Shown here in pieces: positions 25,426-40,600 of a stretch of 64,000 bases of DNA. The stretch lies in contig OZ037767.1 in assembly GCA_964035545.1 (NCBI GenBank), positions 27,606,628 through 27,670,627 on the forward strand. Direction: 5' to 3'. A program made the translations under genes and the position numbers. Origin of the DNA: Bugula neritina. Taxonomy: Eukaryota > Animalia > Bryozoa. Below the pieces are notes generated by a model. That model was not told the origin of the DNA. It saw only the letters and a program-made list of their open reading frames with translations, and made no database searches. Each line of letters begins with the position of its first letter. Position 1 is the first letter of the stretch.

Positions 25426-27646
25426 ATGATTCTTATAACATATATAGCTCGAGTTGTGGATGGACTAGCATTAGCAGCTTCTGTTCAGGAGGATGAAAGT
25501 GTAAGTTGGACAGTGTTGTTGATTTTAAAGTTTAAGATAAAGTTGTTTCCTTAAAGCAGTTTTAAAGTTGTTAATCTGTAAAAGTCTAGTAGGCTATTGC
25601 TACTAAAAAAAATATTTTTCTTATACACAACGTTTTTCATAATAAAAGTGTAGCAAACTTCTAACTTTTGTTTTGCTATGAAAGTCTGTGCTTGACATGC
25701 AGTATATGCAGATATTGAATAGTTTTTATTGTAAAAAAAATTTCTACTACATTTATCTTTTTAGGCTGGTAGGAGCATGCAAGAATACCAAAATAAAGCC
25801 AAACAACTTTGCCGTAAACTAAACAGCCAATCAGCAGCTAGATGTAGTCTTGATGCCGGACCATATATGTTTCAGTAAGTCTTGGTTGTCCTAAAGTCAA
25901 GTTGACACTCTCTGTCAATTTTGTAATTCAATTACATACTTGATTTTGTTTTATTTTTTTTCAAATATAGAAAAGTGAGCATAAGACAAATAATGTAAGA
26001 ATTAACTTGATGAGCTACTTTTATTTTTGTGCAACTTGAATTTTCTAGAAATTCATCATGTTTAGAAAAATATATCAAGATGTTTGTTTTTATACTTAGA
26101 AGCATTATGAATATGTTTTAGTTATGCAATTGAGAGAAACGTCTGCTTTCTCACGTTATGTGACAAGGCATTCTCAAAGCGACAGGCATATGCATATTTG
26201 GAAGAGTTGCAGAATGAGTTTATATCACAGTACGGTTCAAAAGTAGATGCTCAAACAAGGCCTTATAGTTTCATAGAGTTTGGTATGTATCTCAATAAAT
26301 TTAAATATGTCCTTCGAAATTTGTCTCATGAAGCTGCAAGCTTTTAACCTAACACCTCTCTTATCACACTAACTGGAAAAAAGTACAAGCGGAAAGAAGC
26401 TAGTTTTTTTTTAGTTGAAAAGTTGCAAGCATTAGTTATTTATTGCCTGTTCTAGAACGCATATTGCTTGCAACTCTTCTGTATATAGTAAAATGTCATC
26501 TCGTTAATTGGTATAATAATTGCAGTTTGTATTGAATAGTTAAGTTTTTATTCAAGCAAAGTTTTTTTTTAATAATTTTGTTGTTTACTCCCAACTTGAC
26601 TTGTTTTTATTTTTAAACTCTAATTTCTTCTTTGAATGATGGTTGAGGGGTTTAATAAAAGATATTATCTATTTTTGGTAAATAATGATTGAAACTTCAA
26701 TTTCTATGACTTTATATAATTTATATTGTATATAGGTAAACTCATGCTCACACTACCTGCGCACCTTGTTCTAATTATCTGCTTGTTTTCATGCGTTGTT
26801 CTCACAATGTACTATTATCTGCCAAGTAGAGCATGCATGTGCTGGGCTAACTAATTATCTGATAACATTAGGACTTTGGCCACAGCTGTAGCAAGTTGTA
26901 TGTTTTTCTTTAGACACGTTTATTCAAAAGACTAAGAAGGCCTATGAGGATTCAAGGGTACGCCGGAATTTAACCAATATAAACTCAGAGCTGCAGGATG
27001 TACAGAGAATTATGGTACAAAATATTGATGATGTCCTGCAGAGAGGCGAAGCATTAGGAGGTTAGTATCTTTATACTCTACAGCTGTGAAGTATTTTCTT
27101 AGTCATAATTCCACAGCAGGTGTTTTGGGATTTGTCCCCTTAATAGTACAGAACAGAGTACCATAGCCCACACCTTTGCAATAGAAGAGTTTTTTATTCT
27201 ATTAAAGCATATATACATATACATTTCCTGCATTCAGCGACTAGTTCAAGGATTGTCCCCTCATCCTAAAACCTTGTGCTTCTAAGCTTTGGATATCTCA
27301 AATTCTGTTCACATTCAAGTTTGAAAAAAATAATCAAAATAAGTATGGTTTTACCTATACTTATTTAAATTGTAAAATAAACGTTGGGGTCATATTTGAA
27401 TTATATGACTGACACCAACGTTTTGCCCAATCTCAGTGTGGCAGCATAACTCCCAATTAGTTGATCATGTTTTATTTTGATGTATTTTCAGTGTTGGATG
27501 ACAAAGCTAGAGACCTCAGCATGCAGTCTCAAAAATATAGAAAAGATGCTCGATACCTAAACTTAAGATCATCATATGCTAAAATAGGTGTTATCTGTGT
27601 CGTAATTGCTTTATTTTTACTCTTCTTGAGATACTTTGTTTTCTAA
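25426..27646 (+). CDS. SEC22B: Vesicle-trafficking R-SNARE Sec22b (longin, SNARE and C-terminal TM)
   Basis: Exons 25426-25500, 25765-25874, 26122-26282, 26914-27060, 27492-27646. Motifs [75 protein letters not shown], then a hydrophobic tail. Confidence 0.96.
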
Positions 27647-28685
27647 TTTTCCTTTGCAATTTATTATTTTAAGGACCGGGGTAATAAAATTTAAATACAT
27701 TTAAGAGATGAATCTAATTATGCTATAGCTGTATAGTTTAATACCAAGTTACTGTATATTATTAGCTGATGTTAATTTAATACAAAGCAAATGAGTCCTG
27801 GCAGTTGAGTTCTCAGTTTTATTGCTATTACACACTAGTCACCAGTCATGTGATTTATTCAGCTTGTTAGTCAGATTCTGTCTGTTCGTCCAGAGTTTCT
27901 AATAACTTCAACGATAAACTGTTTATCAATTTTTTTTCATGTTAACTTTTCAATAGTAATATAATTATTGTTTGAAATATAATTTTGTTTTATACTCGGC
28001 TTATAATTATTTGTAATATTCAAGCTTTTGCAGTATTATCATTTCCTTCCGTTAAAAGGTTTGCTATTCTAAGCTGGTATCAATTCAATAAAAAGTATAT
28101 TTCAAAAGATTTTCTAGAAAAAAAATGTATTTTCGGGGCTTTAGCATATTTTAGCTTCGTTGACAATATTTTATCTGTTATTTATCACTGCTAAAAAGTT
28201 GAAGACAGTTTATCTGTATAACTCTGCATATTCAATAGCTGTAAAATCATCCATGTTCTAAACTTGAATCACAAGTTGTCTTTCCTTTATTTTGACTATA
28301 TTATGAAGGCTATTTTCAACTGCCTTTGAAGTACTCAAGCTCTTTTGTACCACCTCTCCAGAATTTTATCCTCTCAACTATCAATCAAGATGAAGAGATT
28401 TTATAATCAAATTACCAAGGTGATACATCAATCTAAGTTTTGTTTAGACTTTAGAGGGTGAAAAATCTCGCTTGAGCATTAATCCCTGAGTCCTGTCTTA
28501 TTGATGGCTAAATTCCTGTAACCATGGCAACCATAACAGAAATTTATCATTAATTGTCAGATCTGCTTTTCTCTGCAATAACAGTAGTGATTACTACTTC
28601 GTGGCAAAGCAGCCATAGAATTAGCATCCCTTCTTCACCCACCGGTATTCGCATGTTGGTTAGTAATATCATTTAACAAAATACA

Positions 28686-31600
28686 ATGACTACGGACTAT
28701 GGGGTAAGTGAGAAATATTGAAAAGTATATGTATACTGTTAGCTTGTTGTGTATTAAATTTGTTAGTAGAATTTGTAAACTGTAATTTATTATTAAATGT
28801 ATTAAACTTCATTGACATGTTGGTATATAACATATAGCTTTATGAGTTACGTACAATTATTAGCATATAGTACTGGTGAAATTGGGAGATGAATCTATTT
28901 TTATACATGTATATATTTGACACATAATAATATTATAAAGTTTAGTTTTACAATAGAACAAATATATGCAGTGAAACTATGTGCTGTGTAACTTTACTGA
29001 TAGACTGGAATGACCGGGAAAGAGAATCTCTCCGGATACTTTGATGTCAACAATGAAGGTGTATCTATCAAGGAAGGAAAACCCATAAAGTCATGGAGAT
29101 TTTGGTCAAAAAAGAAGAAAATACTTGTCATTGGAGGAGCCATCTTTGTCGTACTTCTTCTGCTTATCATTATTATAGCAGCCACTGCCCGGCACAGTAG
29201 GTTGACTAAACGACCTGTTTATTATAGCTTTAGGTCATAGAAGTTTGAATGTATTTCTTCAGATATGAATTGCTTTCACCTCATACTACTATCTATACTG
29301 TGTAGTGTCATAATAAGTTGACATGTTCATAGCAGTTTAAACGTGGATATGAATTGTTTTGACCCAGAGATGCTCTGTTACAGTGAATTGTAGAGAGTGG
29401 ACTACTGAAACCATAATGTAAACAGCCTTGATTCTAGCCGATTTTGCTTTTTCGAGCTGCATGCAGTCATAAATGTGCTAAGTTAGTCATTCTGGGTTCT
29501 TTTACTTTAGCTGTTTCTGGTACTTAATCTTTATTATTTGTTAGACTGATGAACGGAATTCACTCATAAGCTTTATGTTGTTCCTCCATCATTTGTGCTT
29601 TTGGCACGTACTATTACAGCTATAGTAGTTATTCCTTTTTAACATTTTAAAGCTGGGATAATTTGTGAGAAATTTCCTGGTTACAATTTTGCTGTCAGTG
29701 AATGACAAATTGCAATGACTTCAAAAACCAATTCCTTCCATATAAAAAGTTTATGTAATTACTATTACTTTCAGTGTATAGCAATTATAAGGAATTTCTG
29801 CCATACCTAATGCTGAGCTAGAGAGAGGTTCATCTGCCCCCCCCCCCCCCCCCTTAAACTCTAGTATAATGTTCTATTTGACTTCATAAGAACTCATTTT
29901 TTATGTTAATGACTGTTTGATGCAAATATTTTGTTGTGGAAGTGAGCGGCTTGTCATCTCATCTGTGTGCAGTGAAGCGTTACTCACGTCAGGTTGTTTT
30001 CATCTTAATTTAGTTGTTAATAGGTGATGCACTGTCCTTGTATTTACTAGTTAAAATATACACCACATTTGCTAACAGCTGCCCTAGCCTTTTGTCCACC
30101 ACAGAGTAAATTTACGGATGTTCATATGTAGAATATGAATTGGAGAGAGAGGGAAGGTTTAATTTCACAATCAGTGCATATTAGTTTATTTTAGAGTAAT
30201 GTATTTACTGATAGAAGAATTAATGTAATTGTTAGCACAACATTTTACGAATTAGACAAAATCTGAAACACTCATCGAGCATTTGGGCTGTTCAAACTGT
30301 GCTCATGCTGTTTGAGCTATTAGAATTAAAAAATTATTATGAACAGATTATCAACTTTTATAGTATCTAAGGCTAAACTGCGTGCCCTGTGGAAGACTAA
30401 GGTCTAAGGCTAAATTAAAAGAATTTGAAAAGCTAATAGTATTGTTTTTTCTTGATAATTGTTCTCTCATTGAGCTGCACATTATTTACCATTTCTTTCT
30501 ACTTCGCATATGCTTTTGTAGATACTGCAATGCATATTAATACAATTTCAAAAAGATTTTTTAGATATTTTTGCCTTTAAAAGGGTTTACATCTTGGGGC
30601 ACTAAAACACTTATATACCCGTTTACATTTGGCATCATCAGCTTTTTTCAATATATTTGCTGTGGATAAATTTTTTAATGCAGAAAAATTTTCTACATGC
30701 AGTAAGATGTGTATTCAGCCAATTGACTATTTCTATGCTGTGTGTAAGAAAGGCTTAAATTCACATCATGGAAAAACCAGCTGACCTCACATTTCTTACT
30801 TGATAAATACATTCGTTGGTGGCTTTGTTTTAGAAAAGGAATCTGGCAAGATTGCCTCTCTTAAAAGTGGTCAAGGTATGTGATAGTACTGACTATTTTT
30901 ATACAATAATACAAATACATTACATGCATACTTAAATTATAACAGTAAAACTATCAACAAAACTTTCGAAAAAAAATTCTAGATATATTAATTTAAGTAC
31001 ACCTAAAAAATTATTTTTGTGAACTTGTCAGAATGTTATTACGAGCAATAACGAGACACACTAAATGCATTAATGGTAAGTATTCACAACACTACCGATT
31101 GTCTTGTCTAGTATGTGGAGTTGAAATGTGAAACATTCTGTCAGTATTCAGTAAGGTGCAATTAATTTGATTGCACTCAATTTATGAGCTAGCAAGACAC
31201 TGCAATAAGTTATAGTAGTTATATTACAACTCAACATTGGTATAAATTTACAACGTGCAATGAAAGAAGCATTCCGTTTAATGTAATAAATTCAAATAAT
31301 ATAATAGGCACGGGATTTAGCTAAGATTTGTAAGATTGAAGGCAAGCTAGATTAATAGCGATTTTCGCGAACAAATATAAATGATTTAAGGTTTGCCTCC
31401 CTTGTATATTCTTACTTTACATATTTTGTTTTTTTTAACTGATATGCATAAAAAGTAATGTTTAATTTATTTTATATAAATTTATTTATAATTAAAAAAT
31501 ATTTTGATTAATTTTCAAAAACGATTATTTTAAAATTAAAATAACAAGTTTTTTGACACTAGTTAATAATTCTTCTCTGTTTAACTTATATGAGAAAACT

Positions 31601-34600
31601 AGGAAGCTGTTAATCGAAGGATATTATATATATCATGACACTTAGTGCCATAGTGAACCTTCATTAGGTAAGGAATCACTGCCAGATAGTGTCTAGATTG
31701 ATGTGGCTACAATAGGAAAGTTTCAGCTCTAATAGCTGGCAACTGCTTCACGGTCACTACATATCAATACTATATATACCAATTTGCTGCACCATTCTAG
31801 AAAATTATTGTAATATTAACTAATAGAGTATAGGCCTAACTTATTAGGTTATGACTCATTTGTGATCTTGTCAATACTACACCCTTACTGCAACTCTGTA
31901 ATAGCACAATGTTTTGTGAAACTTAGCTTGCACTGGAGACACTACAAAACAAAGTCAATGCAGGTTTGGCAAGTGCATTGAAAATTTATTCGTCTGTGAT
32001 GGATTCAAGGACTGTGAAGATGGAGAAGATGAAATAAAAGCTCTGTGTGGTAAGTAGGGCTCATTAAAGTATGATCCTTTTAATTGAATAAATTCTAAAA
32101 TGAAATTATTGTACTCTCTGGAGTTGCAATTATTTTACAATCAGGTAATGATTAAAAATTTAGCTCTCAATGCTTAAACTTTTCATTTTAATCACTGCCA
32201 ACAGGACATTGCTAGGCTATACTGGGCATATCATCCATTTGGAGATCAGCTATGAAATTTCTGCTCGTTCATATAAACAGAGATACTGCAGTACTATAGA
32301 TATGAATTGATTAAAAAACATTATTTGTTATTTCTAATAAATTGTTAAAAAGTTTCAAAATTTATTGCAATAGTTTTACTTTTTTAACAGATGAATTTTC
32401 CAGAAAGCCAAGATGCAGAGTTGAACAGTTTCAATGTAAAGTTAGTAGACAATGCATCGACACAGAACAAGTGTGTGATGGAAAGCTTGATTGTGGAAGT
32501 GAAGAATATGCTGACTTCAGTGATGAAAGGAACTGCTGTACGTAAACAGCACACTATGCATGCATGTAATCAGGCCGCTGAACATAAACATAGTTTAATT
32601 TAATTTAACAAATAAAGAGTCATGTACAATATACTCATACTTTTATTCTAAATTGCTGCCAAGTTATTACTTTTATTACATAAATGTGATTTAGCAACAA
32701 AGTCATTAGTAGTTAGCTTTGAGAGCCAAAAACCGGCAACAGCTGGGCCAGTGATGTATAACTCTGTTAAGCTCTCCTCACATATCAAGTCTAGCTGTTT
32801 GTGTGTTCATTGAAAATTACTGCAAGTAGCAACTCTTCTAATTTTTTCCAAGTTATATTTTCTATTTTCTCAGGTAGGTATCTAATAATATTCTTTTAAT
32901 AGAATTAGACTTGATGTTGACACATATATGAGCTGCACTCTTGTGATTGTATTTTAGTTGAAATTAATCCAAACAACTCGGTGGTCTCTGTCATCCAAAA
33001 TGGCTTCAGCATACCAATGAGTGCCGACATCGGAGACCTGGAGAGTTACATAATCTGCAAAGAGATGGGATTCAGGTAATACTGACATCTCTTTTATACT
33101 TATTGTATTGTTTCACTTGAATGAGTAGTAACACAGTTACCATTAGAATGGTTTCTATTATACGTTTTTATTATTTTTATTATTTCATATGTTTTCATTA
33201 TATTAGCTATTAATTTATATTATATTATAATATGCTTTTATTATGTTATATGTTTTTATTATATTATAAGTTTTAATTACATTATATGTTTTTCTATATC
33301 ATATGTTGTCATTAAATTATATAATATTTTTTATTATGTTACAGTTTTTATTATTTTATAAGTTTTTATTACATATTTTATATTTCCTAATATATTACAT
33401 TTTAGATCGTTAAAGTCTCGCATGGGCATTCCTATTTCTGCTTATGAACAAGAAATCAGACAATGTGGGAACATTTCTAAACAGTTCAACTCTGAAAAAG
33501 GAGATGACATAAATGATTTTATAGTAACAGTGTATGTTATATGTTGACATTGCTATTGTTTAATTTATACATAGATGCTACTATTGTGTAAAACAACTGT
33601 CCAATCAGGGATCCAACTTGCAAGCCAATAATATAAGGTCTATTATTTTTAATTATCACAGGCTGAATAATCATGTCACTATACACCTTTTTACTCTAAA
33701 GAATATACAATTTTTGTGGTATTTTAGAGACGACTGCAGCAATGGAATTTTGACATTGGTGTGTGAAAAAGATTGTAAGTATAGATATATACTCATAATT
33801 CATATATACAAAATAGTTGCTTTGCTCCACATCTTTTAGCCTCAATCACTTTGAATATATTGAATATATTGGATCACATGATTTAGCCAATCCTTGTAAA
33901 TAAAGCTGTGTTATGGAAACACAATTAGTACTTTATATGTTGCAGCATACAATAGACTGCAGTACGTTATACAATATTATATAGTATAATGCATGATAAT
34001 AAACTGTAGTAAATGTGTGAAGAATATTACCGATTTCCTTATATGTTTAAATTCTTAAAACAGTTTTCAACACTCATTGCAGACATATTTGTTAGATATT
34101 TTATTCTCTGCTTAACTATGGAATTATTAGAATGCGATATTATAATGTATTGTTATAATGTTATATTATACTGAAGTTTATGACGCAATATTAAGCAGAG
34201 TTATAAACATGATATTTCATTACAACATAATATATAGTATATAATAATATATACATAATAAAGTAATATATCATACTATATTGTAATAGTACAATGTAAT
34301 ATAGTACATTATTATACATTGTGCCACAGCATTGGACAGAAAATAGGAATATAATGTTGCAATATTCTAGTGTGCGGCGTGTTTGGAGAATACACTGGGC
34401 CGGTGATTCCACCATCTTGGATGTCGCCAGATTTGGCTGAAGCTCTTCGTAAAAGTGACACCGAATTTCCTTGGGTTGTGTCTATTCACCAGAAAGGTAT
34501 GATATCGGTGTGTCTATACACCAGAAAGGTGTGATATCGGTGTGTCTATACACCAGAAAGGTATGATATCGGTGTGTCTATTCACCAACAAGGTACGATA

Positions 34601-37600
34601 TGAGAGTGTCTATACACCAGAAAGGTATGATATGAGAGTGCGTCTATACACCAGAAAGGTACGATATGAGAGTGTCTATACACCAGAATGGTATGATATG
34701 AGAGTGTATATACACCAACAAGGTGTGATTGGAGAGTGTTCAACAGCACCAGGAAATTATTTATTTTCCCAAAAAGGTATTCTAATTCCATGTAATGAAG
34801 TTGAACTTTATTTATTAGGTTGTGTAAGGCAGATGTTTAACTATAACACTGTTGTTCTGGATCTATATGACTGGCATTTATTGTGTTTCTGATGTATCCA
34901 TGACAACATAAGACAAACTGACAGTTTTCATCTTGATCAAAATAGTTTACTTATGAAATATTTGTGTATTATAACAGATACTTAGCCAATAATTTACAAG
35001 GAAATATGCAAATGGTGCTAGAGCTACCACATACAAATAGGAACTGCTATATTTACTGTGTTTAATATATTAAATGGCTACTTTGTTGAATTTTAGAGAA
35101 AAGGTGTCAAGGAGCCATTGTTGATGAAGAATGGGTCATAACTTCTCTAAACTGTGTAGATCATGATCATTTCTACACCAACTTCCAGTATGTTATAGCG
35201 ACGTTTAGTAAAACTTGAAAACAGCTTTAATATGGAGTGATAGCAGAGATATTGCAAAGTATTAATGGATGTCTTGCTCAAAATCAACACAGTAGTCATG
35301 AAACTGGCTCAAATCAAGGCTATCGCTATACTGCTGTCGACATTATTTCGTGTTTTTTTTTATGGATGAAGAGAAGTCAGCTAAGTGCCAATTCAAAAGT
35401 TACTGTATTCAAACTGACTGTTGTTTATAGAGAGGATGCACTGACTGTGGTGGCCGGTGAAGGAACGTCTTCCAGACAGTCAAGGAATGTATACAAAATT
35501 ATCAGAAATCACTTTGAACTTGTGAGTGAGCTTTCTCCGTATGACAACGTTATACTGCTGCAAGTGTTTCCTCCTTTTGAACTCAGGTGAGTAAAAAGAT
35601 AAAATCAAATCTATGCAAAATCATAAATGATTAGAATAAACTAGTTTCAACAGTTAAAATGAAAGCAGTCCCAACTCCAATCTCGTTTTAGCCTCTGTGG
35701 TCCCCTCATATCAATAGACGCTCACACATTTATGTATGTTTGTTAGTTTAATAGAGAATATGCAACCAATCAATTGTATAATATTACTATACAGTATTTT
35801 GAGACAAATAAAATTTGTCGAATTACCTAGTAATTTGTCAGCTTCTAACTTGGGCATACAAATAATGCATACGGTCTTGTATAGCATTTTTACAACGTGT
35901 ATGTTTGCTATTTTCCAAAGTCCAAGCACCCACCAAGTTTGCCTGCAGCAACCTGCTCTCTTACCACACTACAACTGTTTTGCTGCTGGTTTTAACGCTG
36001 AAACTAAGAAGACAGAACACGTTCGTGTTGTTCTCGAAACAGACGAGGGTAACTGTGGCAGTGAAGAGCTACGGAACGGCACAGCTTGCTTCAATTATCC
36101 ACATTCAGGAAAATCAAAAGCATGCCTTGTGAGTATCTTTGGTAGCTACACATACTCAGGTAGCCTACTTTATTTTAAAGGTTGAACACCATAAAATTTA
36201 TGTTTATTTTTATAAAAACTAAGTCATTGTATTTCATTTTGACTCGTTATACTTATAGCATTGAACTTGGCACAAACAATTAGGTGATATAGGCCTTTCA
36301 ATACCTTTTTGGCAAGTAGCCATCTGGGTAGATGAGTCATATTGGGCGAGCTTTGGTACTGAAGCAGTCACAGACAAAATAAATAAATATATTATGAGTA
36401 TCACTTTGACTACATACAATAACAACTATATTTAGCTCAATATTGAAATGGGAAACTAATATGCATTCTATGCTTTCTTAATCTATTGATCAGTTTCCAG
36501 CAATTGTGTTTATTATAAGTTGAAAGCGTTGGTTTTACTATTTTCTATTTCACTCTTTATGTAGGATTCAGTTGGAAGCCCAATCTCATGTCTCGACCCG
36601 GTCACCAATAGCTGGACTCTTTCAGCAATCTTATCTACTAAAATTGGTTGTGGGATGAACAAGCGTCAAGCACTTCATTTTGATCAAATGCCTGTCTACT
36701 ATTGGACTAACATCATCACCTCTCTCCGTGAGTGCTATGTGCTTTTGGTTACAGTAGAGTGGAAATATATCTTCTATTCTATTAGCTTTAGTACAAAGCA
36801 CACTCCACATGGTGTTTTACTCCCAAAACTGCTGTCTTTTAACTTGTAAAAAGAGTTAATAAAACATGGTGACTCTACTCAGGGATTACAAGTTTTGTTT
36901 TGTTTCGAAATTGAAGAATTAGAATTAAAAGCTTATTTTTACGGCATCGTATACTATATAAAAAACTATATTATATACTATATTGTACACTATATATAAG
37001 ACACTATATTATATGCTATATTGTACACTATATATAAGACACTATATTTTATGCTATATTGTACACTATATTATACACTATATTTTACATTATATATAAG
37101 AAACTATATTATATAGTATATTTTACACTATATATAAGAAACTATATTATATAGTATATTTTACACTATATATAAGACACTATATTATATGGTATATTGT
37201 ACACAATATATAAGACACTATATAACAGCCTATTCTATAATATTGTAATGGATTTCAGTGGTGCAATTAATTGTTAGTTATTATATCGAAAGGGTCGACT
37301 CTATATTGTATGCTATTGTGGAGATTGACTACATCGACCTCCAGCGACTTGTATCTATGGTCAACAGTGGCACCACTAGTAACAACCAATCAGGACTGAC
37401 ATACTAATTCATAGCAGGTGGAGCTAGCTACTCGTAGTGGAAGCGCGCTGAGTAGCTAGCCAGGCAGAGCAGCTTGGGACTTCATTTAGAGTAGTTGTGT
37501 GTAAATGCTCACTTATTATGTAATCGTTTCAATTCATGTTAGCAGTAATTAGAGCTTCTTGTATCTTATAAATAATAAACTTGTCATAACGTAAATAACC

Positions 37601-40600
37601 TGGTGTAGTGGCTTTGTTTAAGTCGACCCACACATAATATAGTGAATTGCGAAGTTCACTACAATATTATACTCATCATAATATTGTACATATTATTGCA
37701 GCTGAAGAGATTACACCTAACTGTGAAAGTAATTTGCCTCAGTTCCAAAAAGTGAGAGTAAGCAAAGGTATCAGAGAAGATCAATATTACGTAGATGTAC
37801 TTGGGTGGGGTAAAAATGAAGCTTGGTACACAGTCTATAATCTTTCATCAGCATTTGGAATCATAGCTGAAAAGCTTGATAAATGGTAAGCTTGCCTTCT
37901 GCTTGTTTAGCTGTTTGCAAAATTCCTAATATAAGTAGAGTTTGTAAAAGGTTTAGTCTTTAGTATGCTAGTTTTTACTCTGTTTGTATAGCTTGACAAA
38001 AATATTTAAGTATATATTTAAGTTAGCTTATAGTAAGTTCACTGTTTTGAAGGGACTACACACCTTATGTCCGTTTGGTAAAGAATGACACAGGAGTCAC
38101 TAACAAAAATGTTGCCGTTATGGACTGCCCCAGTTCTGCTGAAGACATGTGCTCATGTGAGATAAAGTATGTATCTTACCATGCTGTGATGAAAGAGGCA
38201 GATGTCCTTCACTTTGTAGATGACGCTAATGAGGTAAAATGTTGGATCATTCTAATTATTGCTTATCAGTAGAAATAACTACCCTTTCGTAATAAAGTAT
38301 TATTGCAGCATAAACTTAGTATATAGCAGTTGTCACACACCGGACCAACTTTTTTAGCTGTAATTTGATGTTAATACAATGTTTTACATGGAAGCTCAAC
38401 ATGCTAGACAGTCTAGCTCTAAGTTAGTAAAAGTGCATCGTGCTGCAATCTGTACTTTATCAAATAGCCAATAACCAAGCCATCGAAGTTGGTATACAGT
38501 CCGAATGCTTGTCATTAGCCATTCATATCAAGTTAATGAGTCACTAATCTACTAATACTATGAACCACAATATCTTCTACTTATCAAGATAAAAATGTTT
38601 CAATAAATTTTGCTTAATTCCTGTAGTTGAAGCAGTATACTGTCCTGTTCCAATAAAAATTCAAAACCAAAGCTCCCTGAGTGTTTCAATTTTTCTACAA
38701 ATTTGTTTGAAAAAATTACTACTTAAATACGCATGAAACTGATTTATTAGAAAATAAAAAATTGATAAAGCTGCCATAAGCCTTATGCATTTTATTTAGA
38801 TATATTTAGTGCACAATATTGTTGTATGATTCACCATATTAATTCTGCTTATTGCTTGCAAGCCAATTTCTTTTAAATTTATGTTATATCTGCATGTGAT
38901 ATTAAAAACAGAGAGCTAAAAGCTTAGCAATAAGATGATGTGATACTATGATGCTTTTGAAGGACGGAAAAGTAGATGATTCAGACTATGACTCAGAGCT
39001 GTGGGATTATGATAACACTGATGGTTTGGATGCAGACCAGCTGAGCCAGGACTATGCTGAAAGAATAGCTTTAGATGAAGTGTTACCCACAGGTGAGGGT
39101 TCAACAGTGCTTGAAATTCTGGCTAATCTAGTTGAAATAAATTGTGTTGAAGTAAAATTTTGAACTATTACATTTTTATAAACAGAATTTCACTCTGTAG
39201 ACTGAGTTGAATAGATGAGTGCCAACTAGGCTGTGCTGTTACAGCCATACAGCCCTAGCTAGCTGTTTCAGTATGTTGACACTCAAAACAACATGGGATA
39301 TTTTTCTATGCTAAGTAATGCATTATTTGGTGTCTCACCACTCAATCAATCAATCAATCAACCATAAAACTATCAACTTCTGATGCAAATTAGTTTTTGC
39401 AACAGTATGAGGAAACAAGATGAGTATTTTTCTAGAATAACTACTGATTATAAAAAAGCAGTATACAGTGATGAAGGTTCTGTAAGTTTAAAGCAGCTTT
39501 TCTCACCTTTTTAATGTGCCATGTTGAATAAATGTTGTTCAACAGTGTGTTGAAAGATTAGAATTTTATGTCATGTAGGTTTTAGTATTTGTAACCATGT
39601 CATTGGTAAAAGTTCTTAATTTAGTGCTTTGTTCTGCATTAAAACCTGTTTTTTTTTAAATCAGAATAGCAAATTTCCTATATCATGCATGAATCATTTA
39701 TGTACATTGCCGAATGTTTTGCAAATGTAAATATAGTGTAATTTTATTTGAATTTCATTTGTGTACTAGATATAACAGAAATACATAAATACAGATAAGT
39801 AGTTTCAATCATAGCAAGCATATAAAGTAGATTTTCAAGTTTGAATGAAAGTTGTTAATTGCATTCACATCGTATTCAGCTGTTACCAGCCGTAGTGCTC
39901 TGTGTTTACAGGAGGAACGTTACAGTGTCCTAATCCTGCTCTCACTGGTGATAGACTATGTGCAGATAACTCCAGTTGTATTCGATCTGACTCGGTTTGC
40001 GATAGTTTCTCCGACTGTAAAGACAACAGCGATGAAGAAAGAGACACCTGTGGTAAGATATAATGTTTAGAGATCATAAAGTTCTGTTAACAGAAAATAT
40101 TTTTTTTATTTGTGACACTAAAAAGCTCCACATCAGATAATAGTTATTCATATATCATAGTTAGTAATTGTTGATGTATAACTGATGTTTCAGCATTTTT
40201 GTTTGAACTAATTTAACTTTTTTTACACATGTGAAGTTTGACTACAAAGCTCTTGAATTGTCACAATAAATTTATGTTACTATGTGGCAGATGAACTGTA
40301 AAATTATGTCTATTAGAGAACATATAGAAAAGTAAATTTGATAAAAGTAAGCGTTATATAACATTTACATTTTGTAGAAAAGTATCATGGATACAGATGC
40401 CCTGCGAAATGGTTCAAGTGTAAGACAACCTATGACTGCCAGCCCTGGACAGTCCGTTGTGATGGTAACCAGGACTGTCTAGACGGGTCAGATGAGCACG
40501 AATGTGGTTAGTTGTGCTTAACCTTGCAATATACTAACTAAATTGTTTCCAAGACTTTCCTAGCCTTCGATTCTTTTTCCTTTATTTTTGTTTTTTTTGC

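Noticed and set aside
33140-33400. Very AT-rich degenerate repeat
   Set aside because: Ordinary intronic low-complexity DNA; the unit could not be defined reliably.
34542-34892. ORFs over the 32-bp array (also 47637-47819 over the 34-bp array)
   Set aside because: Repeat-derived frames inside introns.
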